Notes: generated by a model from the sequence alone, not told the origin. Counted from the first letter of the stretch, positions 17,342 through 27,965 are shown. The stretch: 64,000 nucleotides of DNA from Bacteroidota bacterium (GCA_035362335.1 DAOSDL010000013.1:37686-101685), one strand, 5' to 3'. A program made the numbers and translations.

Positions 17342-19572
17342 TCCGCGTCGAGTAGTGCCGGCAAGGCCTGTGTGAACGCCTCGCGCAACGCAGCGACGGC
17401 GATGTCAATATCGTCGTTGATGCGCAGGCGATCGCCTCCGGTGAGGCCCAGTGTCGCGATGTCGAGTCCATGCTCACGCGCCAGCTCAGTCACGCGCATC
17501 ACGTGCGCCTCGGCGCAACTCAGCACCACACGACCCTGGGCTTCGCCGAAATACAATGCGTCGCGGCGCAGTTCGTTCGCCTCCACGGCGATGCTCGCAC
17601 CAATGTCCGCGCCTTCCAGCATGCAGCATTCGGCCAGACACACGGCCAGTCCGCCGTCGGACACATCATGCGCGCTGCGCAGCAAGCCCTCACGTATCGC
17701 GGCCAGCAGGAAGCGCTGCACGCGCAACTCCTCCTCGAGGTCGATCCACGGCGCATCGCCGGCAACAATTCCGTGATGCGTGGCGAGATATTCGCTGCCG
17801 TTGATGTCGTTGCGCGATTTGCCAAGCAGCAGCACCGCATCACCACCTCCCTGGAATGACGCCGGAGTGATGTGCCGAACATCCTCGATCAGTCCCAGCA
17901 TGCCGATCACCGGAGTGGGATACACGGCACCGTCGGGATTTTCATTGTAAAAACTCACATTGCCACCGGTCACCGGCGTGTCGAACACGCGGCAGGCCTC
18001 GCCCATGCCGCCGCAGGCCTCCTTGAACTGATAGTACACCTCGGGCTTGTACGGATTGCCGAAGTTGAGGCAGTTCGTGATGGCGAGCGGCTGCGCGCCC
18101 GAGCAGGCCACGTTGCGCGCAGCTTCGGCCACGGCGATCATGGCACCTTTGCGCGGATTCAGATAGACGTAGCGTCCGTTGCAATCCGTTTTCACGGCAA
18201 TGGCCTTGTCCGTGTCCTTGATGCGAATCACCGCCGCATCCGAACCCGGACCCACCGCCGTGTTGGTGCGCACGGAGGTATCGTATTGCTCGTACACCCA
18301 GCGCTTCGATGCGATATTCGGCGCGGCGAGCAATTCGCGCAACACCGCGTTGAAATCGGAGGGCACAGGGATGGATTCGAGGCGGAAGGCCTCGGTCACG
18401 TCCAGATACTCCGGTCTGCGCGTCTCACGCTGGTACACCGGCGCACCACCACCGAGCACGAGACTGTGCGCTGGTACCACGGCCTTGATCTCGCCGTGCT
18501 GCCGCACTGTCACCATGCCGTCGTCGGTCACATGTCCGATAGTCACTGCGTGCAAATCCCATTTGTCAAAAATTTCCCTCACACGCTGCTCGCTCCCCTG
18601 CTTGGCCACCACCAGCATGCGTTCCTGCGATTCGGACAGCAGAATTTCATATGCGCTCATCTTCTGTTCGCGCACGGGCACGAGATCGAGGTCGAGGTCC
18701 ATGCCGCTTTCACCTTTTGCGCTCATCTCGCAGGAGGAGCAGGTGATGCCCGCGGCGCCCATGTCCTGAATGCCCACGATCAAGCCCTCGCGGATGATTT
18801 CCAGCGTGGCTTCCAGCAGCAGTTTTTCGGTGAACGGATCGCCCACCTGCACGGAGGGACGCTTGGATTCGCTGTCCTCGCTCAAATCCACCGAGGCGAA
18901 GGTGGCGCCATGAATGCCGTCGCGTCCGGTGGACGAGCCCACGATCATCACGGGATTGCCCACGCCCTCGGCGATGGCCGACGCCGTCTGCTCGTGCTTG
19001 ACAATGCCCACGGCCATGGCGTTCACCAGCGGATTGCCCTGATAGGACGGATCGAAATAGATTTCGCCCGCCACCGTGGGCACGCCGAAACAATTGCCGT
19101 AATGCCCGATGCCGCTCACCACGCCTTTGACCAGAAACTGCACGCGAGGATTGCCCGGATCGCCGAAACGCAGCGAATCGCAGGCGGCGATGGGACGCGC
19201 GCCCATGGTGAAAATGTCGCGGAGAATGCCACCCACACCCGTGGCAGCGCCCTGAAAGGGCTCAACGGCCGAGGGATGATTGTGCGATTCGATTTTGAAG
19301 GCGATGGCGAGGCCGTCGCCGATGTCCACCAGGCCGGCGTTTTCCTCACCCGCGCCCACGAGCAGGCGACCTCCGCTGCGCGGAAGGGTTTTCAGCACGG
19401 CGATGGAATTTTTGTAAGAGCAATGCTCGCTCCACATGACGCTGTACATGCCAAGCTCGGTGTAGGTCGGGGTTCGACCGCCCAGATACTCGACGATGCG
19501 TGCGTATTCCTCCTCGGTGAGTCCCAATTCCCGTGCGACGTCCACGGAAACCACGGGTTCGCTGTGCTGCAT
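17338..19572 (-). CDS. purL: Phosphoribosylformylglycinamidine synthase subunit PurL (FGAM synthase II).
   Basis: The AIR-synthase-like tandem domains are clear ([11 protein letters not shown]...[28 protein letters not shown]). The likely true start is [11 protein letters not shown] at 19572; the ORF-track N-terminal extension looks spurious. Confidence 0.85.
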   Translation of the reverse strand: MQHSEPVVSVDVARELGLTEEEYARIVEYLGGRTPTYTELGMYSVMWSEHCSYKNSIAVLKTLPRSGGRLLVGAGEENAGLVDIGDGLAIAFKIESHNHPSAVEPFQGAATGVGGILRDIFTMGARPIAACDSLRFGDPGNPRVQFLVKGVVSGIGHYGNCFGVPTVAGEIYFDPSYQGNPLVNAMAVGIVKHEQTASAIAEGVGNPVMIVGSSTGRDGIHGATFASVDLSEDSESKRPSVQVGDPFTEKLLLEATLEIIREGLIVGIQDMGAAGITCSSCEMSAKGESGMDLDLDLVPVREQKMSAYEILLSESQERMLVVAKQGSEQRVREIFDKWDLHAVTIGHVTDDGMVTVRQHGEIKAVVPAHSLVLGGGAPVYQRETRRPEYLDVTEAFRLESIPVPSDFNAVLRELLAAPNIASKRWVYEQYDTSVRTNTAVGPGSDAAVIRIKDTDKAIAVKTDCNGRYVYLNPRKGAMIAVAEAARNVACSGAQPLAITNCLNFGNPYKPEVYYQFKEACGGMGEACRVFDTPVTGGNVSFYNENPDGAVYPTPVIGMLGLIEDVRHITPASFQGGGDAVLLLGKSRNDINGSEYLATHHGIVAGDAPWIDLEEELRVQRFLLAAIREGLLRSAHDVSDGGLAVCLAECCMLEGADIGASIAVEANELRRDALYFGEAQGRVVLSCAEAHVMRVTELAREHGLDIATLGLTGGDRLRINDDIDIAVAALREAFTQALPALLDAE

Positions 19573-19655
19573 GTGTGTCCTGCCGGATATGGTGGGTGAA
19601 ACAATGGCGGTTTCGCCGTATCGTAAAAGATACCACTCTCCCGTGAGAATTGTAA

Positions 19656-19689
19656 GGGCGCCATCGGTCACGCATGACCAATGGCGCCC
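19656..19689 (-). terminator. Stem-loop (15-bp stem, one mismatch, 4-nt loop) between the lipase-like gene and purL.
   Basis: gggcgccatcggtca-cgca-tgaccaatggcgccc lies directly downstream of the 19733 stop on the minus strand. No clear U-tract follows, so it is a weak intrinsic terminator or an RNA-processing site. Confidence 0.25.
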
Positions 19690-19732
19690 CTGACGTGCTC
19701 GCGTTTGTCTTCCGCGCGTCACCGCATGGGTG

Positions 19733-21079
19733 TCAACGCAACCAGGACGGCAGCAGCGACGGTACGCGCAGATCGGGCGACCAGGCGGAGGCCGGTCGTT
19801 TCGTGAAACGTCCAGGTCCGGGAATACCCGGCAGCGTATGGAGCTGCACGTAGTGGATATTTGCTCCGAACGCGCTGTTCATGGTCTGGATGAACTTGTT
19901 CGCCACTATCGCATTGCCCTTCGCACTCAGGTGCAAACCATCGAGCGAGAAAATGCCACCGGAAATGAAGGCAGTGGAAAACACTTCGCCGACCGCGGCG
20001 TAACCGTTCTTGTGGATGTCGTTGAAAAATCCATACATATCCACCATCGTGAAGCCGTTTTGCGCCGCCGCCGCATCCAGTGTGGAGTTGCAACTGCTGA
20101 CAGCTTCGAGCACGATGGACACTTCCACATCGTCAAGCACGTAGCGCGATGGCAGCGGCTGTTGCGGCGAAAGGCCGATGCCCTGCTGGAGAAATTCCTG
20201 CGCCGTGAGCAACACATAGTCGTTGTCGCTGACCGTGGTCACCTGATCATTGTGATTGCGGTAGTAAATCGACAGGAGTTGCGTCGGGTTTTGCGGATTC
20301 GGGATCTTTCTCGGCACGGTAGTGAAAAACGGCGTGGACAGCGGATTCGGCAGATTGGCCACCAGCACCTTGGTGTTGGGCAATGCCGCCTTGATCTTGG
20401 CGAAGGCACCCTGCACCCTTTGCTGGAAAAAGGCGCGGTCGGTGGGACGCGTGCCCGGCGGATTGCCGTCGAGGCCCACGTTTGTCCCCTTCGTGCCTCC
20501 CGTAGCGGCATAGCCGAGGACGTCGTTGTTGCCCATCCAGAACGTCATCACCGTGGGATTGAGCTTGATGGCCTGGTCGAGCAGCGAGGCGCCGAAGTTC
20601 GCCTGATTGCGCATGATGAGCGCGTAGAAAGGATTCTGGCGGGTGACGCTGCGCTGTATGATATCCGATTCATCAATGGCGTCGGCCATGATGGCCCCCG
20701 GAATGCCGAGATTGTGATACGGCGCAGGATGCGTCGCATTGCTGGGCAATACCTGGCCCTGGGTTTTCGCTTTGATCACCACCGACGGCGACATCGATTC
20801 GAGATAGCGCAACTCGCCCGTGCCGGGATACGGCATGAGCGGTTGCACGAAGGTGACGCCGAGACGCTGCGCGATGAGGTTCGGATAACTGTAACGCTGG
20901 CCCTCTTCGAACAACGCGCCGCTTTGATAGCCGGCGGTGAGACTGTTGCCCACGGCAACGTAAGTGCTCGGATTGAGCGAACCGAAGGATTGATCGGCGA
21001 CGGGTACGTCTTCACTGCACGCCGGCAGCAGCACGACAGCGGCGAGCAGCAGCGAGGCAAGGAATCTGCGATGTGTCAT
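19733..21079 (-). CDS. SGNH/GDSL-like lipase/esterase lipoprotein.
   Basis: The lipobox is [11 protein letters not shown] block-I variant ([15 protein letters not shown]) and an NDV block (WMGNNDV) are present. It is immediately downstream of fadL. Confidence 0.6.
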   Translation of the reverse strand: MTHRRFLASLLLAAVVLLPACSEDVPVADQSFGSLNPSTYVAVGNSLTAGYQSGALFEEGQRYSYPNLIAQRLGVTFVQPLMPYPGTGELRYLESMSPSVVIKAKTQGQVLPSNATHPAPYHNLGIPGAIMADAIDESDIIQRSVTRQNPFYALIMRNQANFGASLLDQAIKLNPTVMTFWMGNNDVLGYAATGGTKGTNVGLDGNPPGTRPTDRAFFQQRVQGAFAKIKAALPNTKVLVANLPNPLSTPFFTTVPRKIPNPQNPTQLLSIYYRNHNDQVTTVSDNDYVLLTAQEFLQQGIGLSPQQPLPSRYVLDDVEVSIVLEAVSSCNSTLDAAAAQNGFTMVDMYGFFNDIHKNGYAAVGEVFSTAFISGGIFSLDGLHLSAKGNAIVANKFIQTMNSAFGANIHYVQLHTLPGIPGPGRFTKRPASAWSPDLRVPSLLPSWLR

Positions 21080-21092
21080 GATATTCCTCCTC

Positions 21093-22364
21093 TCAAAGCG
21101 CGTAGGTGATATTGAAGCCGATCAATTCGGCGGAGCCGGTGTACATGCCGTTCATGTGCACACCCTCGGGATACGTGGTCGCCTCGGTGACGCGATCCAG
21201 GAAAAAGAGATGCAGGTAGGAAAAATCCAGCGTGACATGCGGCAGCACGTCGATGCCCACACCGATATTCAAACCATGGCGGTCCGAATCCGGCAGCAGG
21301 GGTTCGAGGCTTTTATCCGGCACGGGATTGCGATCGAAGAAATAGCCGCCACGCAGAGCCAATCCCAGCATCGGTATACGGTACTCGCCGCCGAGACGCA
21401 GGATGAAGGTGTCCTCGTAATCCTTGGGGGCGCTCACGTCGGCCTGACGCACTCCTGGGTCGGTGGTGGCATCTTTCACGAAATCAATCGCAAGCTTGTC
21501 GTAGGACGACCACTGAATGCCCTGGAAATCGAATTCGAGATCCACATTGTCCATGGGCGACCAGGCCACGCCGGCGAACCAGGTGGCTGGGGCCGTGAGG
21601 CCTGTTTTCACATCGCCACCGGGAAAGAGCGGCTGCATTGCCGCCGTGGGATGGAAGTCCGCCGTTCCTTCGAAGTCGATGGCCACTTCCGAGCGCCAGG
21701 AGAAGCCCAGCGACACATTGTCCATCGGTTTGAAAATCACGCCCGCGTTCCAGCCGAAGGCCGGATCGCCGCTGCCTTCCAGTTCGAGATCCATTTCGGG
21801 ATCGAAGTTCGTCACGGCGCGGCGCAACGACACATTGGAAAACACGATATTGGCGCCCACACCCACAGACAGCCAATCGGTGAAGGCGTACGACACGGTG
21901 GGCATGACGTAAAAGGTCTGCAATTCGATCTCGCGCGTCACGGCGCGACCCACCCAATCGTCGTCCCATTCCGTGCCGAGACCATACGGCGTGGACACGC
22001 CGAGACCCACAGCGAGTCCTTCCAGCATACCTTCGTTCCAGGTATTGGTGACGTAGAGGTTGGGCGGATAGAAGACGTTGCTGTTCATCTTCCATTCCTG
22101 ATTGCTGTTCATGTTGCTCGGGCCGTAGTACGTGTAGCTCGGCATGATCAGCGTGGCACCCGCCATCACCTGGAATCCCCGCTGCATGGACAAGCCCGCA
22201 GGATTGAAGAATATGGCGGAAGGATCCGACGCGCGCGCGGCGAAAGCGCCGGCTTGCGCCATGGCGCGGGCGCCGTGTTCATTGAGTTGGAATCCACCGG
22301 CGTCGGCCACATATCCGGGAAGGAGCATGGCCAGCGTCAGGCATAGCAGTACTAGCTGTTTCAC
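21093..22364 (-). CDS. fadL: Outer-membrane long-chain fatty acid / hydrophobic compound transporter (FadL/TodX/OMPP1 family).
   Basis: After the signal peptide comes the N-terminal hatch motif GGFQLNEHGARAMAQAGAFAARASDPSAIFFNPAGL. The C-terminus ends in an aromatic residue (ITYAL) and the body has beta-barrel character. Confidence 0.75.
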   Translation of the reverse strand: MKQLVLLCLTLAMLLPGYVADAGGFQLNEHGARAMAQAGAFAARASDPSAIFFNPAGLSMQRGFQVMAGATLIMPSYTYYGPSNMNSNQEWKMNSNVFYPPNLYVTNTWNEGMLEGLAVGLGVSTPYGLGTEWDDDWVGRAVTREIELQTFYVMPTVSYAFTDWLSVGVGANIVFSNVSLRRAVTNFDPEMDLELEGSGDPAFGWNAGVIFKPMDNVSLGFSWRSEVAIDFEGTADFHPTAAMQPLFPGGDVKTGLTAPATWFAGVAWSPMDNVDLEFDFQGIQWSSYDKLAIDFVKDATTDPGVRQADVSAPKDYEDTFILRLGGEYRIPMLGLALRGGYFFDRNPVPDKSLEPLLPDSDRHGLNIGVGIDVLPHVTLDFSYLHLFFLDRVTEATTYPEGVHMNGMYTGSAELIGFNITYAL

Positions 22365-22388
22365 CGTACCTCCATGGTAAAAAAGACA

Positions 22389-22892
22389 TCAGGAGAACTC
22401 TATGAGAATACCGTTCTTCTCGACCGCTGTGCCTTCCCGCACCTTGAGGGACTTAACGATGCCCGTTGTGGGCGACTGAATTTCATTTTCCATCTTCATG
22501 GCTTCGAGGATGATCACCCCCTGGCCCTGTTCGATCAATTCGCCTTCCTGCACGAGGATTTTCGCGATTTTGCCCGGCATGGGCGAACGCAGCACGCTGT
22601 GCTGCACCTTGGTGGCTTTGCCCACCTGCATCGAACGCAACAGCGCAGCGGTTTCGTCCTCGATGTCCACGCCAAGCACGCGGCCATCGATGGCCACGCG
22701 GCGCAGATCGCTGTCCGGCAGTGCTTCGAGCATGCGTAGCGAGTACACGCGCGTGCCCACGCGCAGCACCGTGCCTTGCGGCGTGCGGCGCAGTTCGGCT
22801 TCCACCGGCACGCCGTCCACTTCAACAGTGCCGTTGTCGGAGGTGACGATGGTGAATTCCTCGCCCATCACCCGGGCAGTGTAGCGTGCCAT
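22389..22892 (-). CDS. accB: Biotin carboxyl carrier protein (biotinyl/lipoyl domain).
   Basis: The C-terminal biotinylation motif EAMKMENEI is present with hammerhead flanks. The start MARYTARV has its ATG overlapping the accC stop (TGATG). Confidence 0.8.
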   Translation of the reverse strand: MARYTARVMGEEFTIVTSDNGTVEVDGVPVEAELRRTPQGTVLRVGTRVYSLRMLEALPDSDLRRVAIDGRVLGVDIEDETAALLRSMQVGKATKVQHSVLRSPMPGKIAKILVQEGELIEQGQGVIILEAMKMENEIQSPTTGIVKSLKVREGTAVEKNGILIEFS

Positions 22893-24409
22893 CAGTACCC
22901 TCCTCCTCTGCGATGCCGCAGCACCCAGGGCGAACAGGAGCGCTGTGCGCCTGTACCCGAGGACGACGACGCCGCGGGGGTGCCGCTTTCCCAACGTTCC
23001 TGCGCGAGAATGGCGCCAATGGCGGCCGCGATCTTCTCTTCGCTGCTCGGGGGCGTAAGCAATTGCGGTGCAAAGTGCTTCTGCACGAAATCGATGGCGA
23101 AATCCCCGGAGTTGAAATTGGGATGATCCATCACGAAGCGGCAGAATGGAATCGTGGTTTCCACACCGAGAATCAGGAATTCGTCCAAGGCACGACGCAT
23201 CTTCCCTATCGCGTCCTCGCGGTCCATACCCCACACCGCAAGCTTGGCGAACATCGGATCGTAGTGTATGCTGATTTCGCTGCCGCTGGTCACGCCGCTG
23301 TCGTCGCGCACGCCGAAGCCGTGCGGCGGACGATACTCCACGAGCGTGCCGGTGGAAGGCAGGAAGTTTGCCCGCACATCCTCGGCGCAGATGCGGCATT
23401 CGATGGCGTGGCCGCTGATGCGGATGTCGTCCTGCGTGAAGGGCAAGGGCTCGCCCATGGCCACGCGCAGTTGCATTTTCACCAGATCGATGCCGGTGAC
23501 CATTTCGGTCACGGGATGCTCGACCTGCAAGCGCGTGTTCATTTCGAGAAAGTAGAAATTGCGGTCGCGGTCCACGAGAAACTCGATGGTCCCGGCATTG
23601 ACGTAATCGCAGGCACGGGCGGCATCCACCGCGGCGCGACCCATGCGCGAGCGCAACTCCGGCGTCATGATTACCGAAGGCGCTTCCTCCACCACTTTCT
23701 GATGGCGGCGCTGAATGGAGCACTCGCGCTCGCCGAGATACACGCAATTGCCGTGCGCGTCGGCGAGAACCTGTATTTCCACATGCCGCGGTTCGAGCAC
23801 GTATTTTTCCATGTAAACGCGATCGTCGCCGAACGCACCGCGTGCCTCATTGCTGGCACCTTCGAACGCGCGTCGCAAATCCTCGGGCCGTTCCACCACG
23901 CGCATGCCCTTGCCGCCTCCGCCAGCGGCCGCCTTGAGCAGCACCGGATAGCCGATGCCCTCGGCGATGCGCTCCGCGTCCTCGATGGAGGTGATGGCGC
24001 TGTCGGTGCCGGGCACCACGGGCACACCGCGCGCGATCATCAGCGAGCGCGCCGAGGTTTTATCGCCCATCATGCGTATGGATTGCGCGGAGGGACCGAC
24101 GAAAATCAGTCCCGCTTCGGTCACCGCCTGCGCGAAGGCCGCATTTTCGGAGAGAAAGCCGTAGCCGGGATGTACCGCATCGCAACCCGCCTTGAGCGCG
24201 GTGTCGATGAGCACGTCGGCGCGAAGGTAGCTTTTCGAGGATTCCGCCGGACCGATATTCCACGCGTCATCCGCCGCGCGCACATGCAACGCGTCGCGAT
24301 CGGCGTCCGAATACACGGCCACACTGCGTATGCCCATTTCGCGGCAGGCCCGCTGAATGCGCACAGCAATCTCACCTCTATTCGCAATCAGAATAGATTG
24401 AATTTTCAC
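22892..24409 (-). CDS. accC: Biotin carboxylase (ATP-grasp), AccC-type.
   Basis: The N-terminus VKIQSILIANRGEIAVRIQRACREMGI aligns with the AccC N-terminus, and ATP-grasp and BC C-terminal domains follow. The probable start is a GTG at 24409; the ORF-track start at 24523 is likely over-extended. Confidence 0.85.
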   Translation of the reverse strand: MKIQSILIANRGEIAVRIQRACREMGIRSVAVYSDADRDALHVRAADDAWNIGPAESSKSYLRADVLIDTALKAGCDAVHPGYGFLSENAAFAQAVTEAGLIFVGPSAQSIRMMGDKTSARSLMIARGVPVVPGTDSAITSIEDAERIAEGIGYPVLLKAAAGGGGKGMRVVERPEDLRRAFEGASNEARGAFGDDRVYMEKYVLEPRHVEIQVLADAHGNCVYLGERECSIQRRHQKVVEEAPSVIMTPELRSRMGRAAVDAARACDYVNAGTIEFLVDRDRNFYFLEMNTRLQVEHPVTEMVTGIDLVKMQLRVAMGEPLPFTQDDIRISGHAIECRICAEDVRANFLPSTGTLVEYRPPHGFGVRDDSGVTSGSEISIHYDPMFAKLAVWGMDREDAIGKMRRALDEFLILGVETTIPFCRFVMDHPNFNSGDFAIDFVQKHFAPQLLTPPSSEEKIAAAIGAILAQERWESGTPAASSSSGTGAQRSCSPWVLRHRRGGGY

Positions 24410-24636
24410 AGGAGCTGGGAAAAATGAACGAATCAACTCGCGGACATAATACGCAACGATGCGGGTTTTTCCAAGATGCGCCGCGCGCCCGTCGCTACGG
24501 GCGTGCGCACGCGCGCGCGGCACAGAACGCTCATGGCGAAAACTGAATCGTCCCGCCCCGCGCCATCGTCAGGCCGCTCGCGAAACACCCTCGATCGCGA
24601 ACAAGCTACCCGCAACCCCGCACGCCCCTCCCCTCG

Positions 24637-27024
24637 TCATCCCGCCCGGAAGGTCACGCGTGTCATGCCGGAGCCGCCTTCGTTCCATTCGCCGAGTTGG
24701 AAACTTTCCACAAAATGCAGGTCGCGCAACCATGCGTGCACACGGCTGCGCAGCGCGCCGGTGCCTTTGCCGTGAATGATGTCCACGCGCAGCAAACCCG
24801 ACGACCAGGCCTGCAGGAGAAAGCGGTCGAGTTCGCGTATGGCTTCATCGCCATACATGCCGCGAATGTCGATTTCGTTGCTGTCCACCAGTTCCATGCC
24901 CTGCGTGCGCACCGGCTCGGGCTTGCCCGCGTCGCGGTAGCGGCGCAGCTTGTCCACCTCCACCTGCATGCGCATGCTGCCGAAGGCCACTTCGATGCGC
25001 TTGCCTTGCGCCACATCCAGCACGGTGCCGCGCGTGGCGGGCGATGCGGCGAGATACACCTCGTCGCCGGGCATGAAAGGTCGCTCCACCTCTTCGTGTC
25101 GCGTTTGCTCGGGGACCAACTCGCGCAAGGCCTGTTCGTTGGCGCGACGGCGTTCGTCGAGTTGTTCGTGCGCGGCGCGTATCGCTTCTTTCGACGCCTT
25201 GTTCTCGCGCAATTCACGAATCGTGCTTTCCACAGCGGCATTGGCGTCGTCGAGAATGCGCCGGGCTTCCTCGAGCGAGCGCTGTTTGACCTCACGCAAT
25301 TCCTTGCGCACATCGCGCAACTTCTCTTCGTATTCGCGGGCGAGTTCGCGATACTCTCGCTCGAGTTGCTCGGAGGCGCGCAACCGGTTGCCGAGATCCT
25401 GCGACTGTTTTTCCACCTCGGCCAGTAAATGCTCCAGGGCATCGGACTGCGTGCCGACGATGGAGCGCGCGCGCTCGATTATCGCTGGCGTCATGCCGTG
25501 CCTCCGTGTGATCTCGAAGGCGTAGCTGCTGCCCGGCAAACCCGCGCGGAATTGGTACGTGGGTTGCAGCGTGCCGAGATCGAATTCCATCGCGGCATTC
25601 TCCATTCCTTCGTGCTCGTGCGCGAAGGCCTTGAGCATGCCGTGATGCGTGGTGGCGATCACGTGTGCGCGCAACGCGGTCAAATGTTCGAGAATGGCCG
25701 CGCCCAGCGCTGATCCTTCGGAGGGATCCGTGCCCGTGCCGATTTCATCGATCAGCACCAACGTGCGTTCGCTTGCGGCATCCACGATGCGCGCGAGGCG
25801 GCTGATGTGCGAGCTGAATGTGCTGAGATCGTTCTCAAGCGACTGCTCGTCGCCGATGTCCACGAGCACATTCTCGTACACCGGCAATGTGCTCTCCTCG
25901 TCGCAGGGCACGGGCATGCCCGATTGCGCCATGAGCGCAATGAGGCCCACGGTTTTCATGGCCACGCTTTTGCCGCCGGCATTGGGACCGGTGATGATGA
26001 TGGTGGTGGCCGCATCGCCGATGGTGATGTCGAGCGGAATCACATCGCGCAGCTTTTTGTGCAGCAGCAGCACGGGATGCCTGGCCTGCTGTACACGCAG
26101 CGGCGCACCCCGCTGCACGCGCGGACAGGAGGCGAGCACGTCGCGGGCGTAGCGTGCGCGGGCGTACAGCGCGTCGATTTCGGCATAGGCCTCGAGTCCG
26201 CGCAGCACCGCCTCGACCTCGGGACGCACGCGAGCGGTGAGTTCGGTGAGAATGGTGGCGATTTCGCGCACCTCGGCGAATTGCAGATCGCGGATGTCGT
26301 TGTTCAGCTCCAGCGTCTCCGAGGGCTCGATGTACACGGTTTGCCCGGTGGCGGAGGTGGAATGAATGAAGCCCTGAATCTGCCGCTTGAACTCGGCCTT
26401 CACCGGCAGCACCATGCGTCCATCGCGCATGGTCACCAGTTCCTCCATCACCATGTCGCTTTCCGATACGCGCTTGAGAATGCCCTCCATGCGCCGGCGC
26501 AGATGGCCGGATTTCTCGATGATGTCCTGGCGTATGGCGCGGAGCTGCTTGCTGGCATTATCCTTGACATTGCCCTCATCATCGATCACGCGCTCGATGT
26601 GGAACTCCAGCGCCTTGTTCTCCGGCAACGCCTCCGCAAGCGAGGTGAGCAGTAACAGGCGCTCGCGGCGCTTGAGCAGGAAGGCGCGCAGTCCGCGCAT
26701 GGTTTTGAGCCCGCGCACAATGTGCAGGCAGTCCTCGGCCAGCACCATGCTGCCTTCCTTTGCCGCGCGGTGCAGCGCCGGACGAATGTCCGCCACATCA
26801 TCCAGCGGCGGCGTATCGTCGGCATCAAGCAAGCGACGCAGCTCGGTCACCCGCGCGAGTTCGTCATTGATCTCGGCGGGGATAATGGACGGTTCGAGCG
26901 CTTCGACGCGGGCGCGTCCGAAGCCCGAGGCGCAGTATCCCGCGATGTGGCTGCGGATACGCGCGAATTCCAGTGTCTCGATGGCGTCGGAAAATGGAGC
27001 GCGATCAGGCACCGGCGCCTCCAA
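24637..27024 (-). CDS. mutS2: Endonuclease MutS2 (MutS domain plus C-terminal Smr).
   Basis: The Walker A motif is GPNAGGKS. A long coiled-coil region leads into a C-terminal Smr domain (IDIRGMYGDEAIRELDRFLLQA...HGKGTGALR). Confidence 0.85.
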   Translation of the reverse strand: MEAPVPDRAPFSDAIETLEFARIRSHIAGYCASGFGRARVEALEPSIIPAEINDELARVTELRRLLDADDTPPLDDVADIRPALHRAAKEGSMVLAEDCLHIVRGLKTMRGLRAFLLKRRERLLLLTSLAEALPENKALEFHIERVIDDEGNVKDNASKQLRAIRQDIIEKSGHLRRRMEGILKRVSESDMVMEELVTMRDGRMVLPVKAEFKRQIQGFIHSTSATGQTVYIEPSETLELNNDIRDLQFAEVREIATILTELTARVRPEVEAVLRGLEAYAEIDALYARARYARDVLASCPRVQRGAPLRVQQARHPVLLLHKKLRDVIPLDITIGDAATTIIITGPNAGGKSVAMKTVGLIALMAQSGMPVPCDEESTLPVYENVLVDIGDEQSLENDLSTFSSHISRLARIVDAASERTLVLIDEIGTGTDPSEGSALGAAILEHLTALRAHVIATTHHGMLKAFAHEHEGMENAAMEFDLGTLQPTYQFRAGLPGSSYAFEITRRHGMTPAIIERARSIVGTQSDALEHLLAEVEKQSQDLGNRLRASEQLEREYRELAREYEEKLRDVRKELREVKQRSLEEARRILDDANAAVESTIRELRENKASKEAIRAAHEQLDERRRANEQALRELVPEQTRHEEVERPFMPGDEVYLAASPATRGTVLDVAQGKRIEVAFGSMRMQVEVDKLRRYRDAGKPEPVRTQGMELVDSNEIDIRGMYGDEAIRELDRFLLQAWSSGLLRVDIIHGKGTGALRSRVHAWLRDLHFVESFQLGEWNEGGSGMTRVTFRAG

Positions 27025-27463
27025 GCAGCGAGCGCACGAGTGTTTGCACCTTGGCGCCGTCGGCTTTGCCCTTGAGTTCCTTCATCAGCGGACCCATCAC
27101 GCGGCCGAGATCCTTCATATCCGTGGCATTGTCGCGTGCGAGTGCGGCCTTGATGGTTTCGAGGAGTTCCTCATCCGAAAGCTGTGCGGGCAGGTAGCGC
27201 GCGATCACAGCCAGTTCGGCTTCTTCCTGCGAGGCCAGATCCTCGCGGCCCGCCTGGCGGTACTGTTCGATGGCCTCGCGGCGCTTCTTCGCGGCCGTGG
27301 TGAGAATGGCGAGTTCGTCGTCGGGTCCGGGCGTGGAGCCCACCTGACGTTTCTCGAATTCGAGAATCGCGGCGCGCAGTGTGCGCAGGGTTTCGAGCGT
27401 GAGCTTGTCACCGCTTTTCATCGCCGCTTTCATGTCATCGGAAATGCGGGTGGAGAGTGTCAT
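27005..27463 (-). CDS. GatB/YqeY-domain protein.
   Basis: The YqeY-like sequence is DMKAAMKSGDKLTLETLRTLRAAI...KDLGRVMGPLMKELKGKADGAKV. The 3' end overlaps the mutS2 start by 20 nt. Confidence 0.7.
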   Translation of the reverse strand: MTLSTRISDDMKAAMKSGDKLTLETLRTLRAAILEFEKRQVGSTPGPDDELAILTTAAKKRREAIEQYRQAGREDLASQEEAELAVIARYLPAQLSDEELLETIKAALARDNATDMKDLGRVMGPLMKELKGKADGAKVQTLVRSLLGGAGA

Positions 27464-27539
27464 GATGCCTATCCGCGATGGTGAAAAAAAAGGAGGCAAC
27501 CGTCGCCGACGCTTGCCTCCGATGTTCGGTACAGTGGCG

Positions 27540-27953
27540 TCAGAATTTGACCAGCGCCGAGTAGTTGATGCGCAAGGCGTCCGCGCGGCGGAGTTCCGAT
27601 TGCACATCGTTCACGATACCCATGCGCGACCCCTGGTCGATACGCAGGGACATGATGATGTTCGGGTTGTTCATGCGCTTCTGATACGCGATGTCGGTGA
27701 TGGCGGCAACCGGCACGATGCTGTCGTCGATCTGGATGCGTTCGTCCTCGCCGACCCAGATGTAGGAAAGCAGGCGTTTGTTGTTGATCTTCTCCACCGA
27801 CACGGCCTGCGGCAGGGTGTAGCGGACTTTGATATCCACTTCACGGAGCACGGTGGTGACCATGAAGAAAATCAGCAGCATGAAAATGATATCCGGCAGC
27901 GAGGCCGTGGGAATGCCCTGCTGTGTCTGTGCGAGTTTTTTCTGGAATTTCAT
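27540..27953 (-). CDS. exbD: Biopolymer transport protein ExbD/TolR.
   Basis: A single N-terminal TM helix (LPDIIFMLLIFFMVTT) is followed by the ExbD periplasmic domain. Confidence 0.75.
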   Translation of the reverse strand: MKFQKKLAQTQQGIPTASLPDIIFMLLIFFMVTTVLREVDIKVRYTLPQAVSVEKINNKRLLSYIWVGEDERIQIDDSIVPVAAITDIAYQKRMNNPNIIMSLRIDQGSRMGIVNDVQSELRRADALRINYSALVKF

Positions 27954-27965
27954 CGTCTCTGCTCC

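Noticed and set aside
17872-19599. 575-aa plus-strand ORF antisense to purL
   Set aside because: A shadow ORF of a high-confidence gene with low-complexity R/H/G-rich translation.
19573-19722. N-terminal 50-aa extension of purL in the ORF track ([15 protein letters not shown]...)
   Set aside because: The PurL alignment logic starts at [10 protein letters not shown]. The extension is Arg-rich and covers the intergenic hairpin.
19730-22346. Plus-strand ORFs 19730..21109 and 21078..22346 antisense to the SGNH lipoprotein and fadL
   Set aside because: Shadow ORFs with R/H-rich low-complexity translations.
22389-23747. 452-aa minus-strand ORF in the frame of the BCCP gene extending far upstream through accC
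   Set aside because: Only the C-terminal 167 codons (22389-22892) are a real BCCP gene. The upstream extension is an out-of-frame read-through of accC that gives an Arg/Gly-rich nonsense translation.
24410-24523. N-terminal 38-aa extension of accC (MPRARAHARSDGRAAHLGK...)
   Set aside because: The biotin carboxylase N-terminus aligns from VKIQSILIANRGE. The extension is Arg/Ala-rich and probably untranslated.
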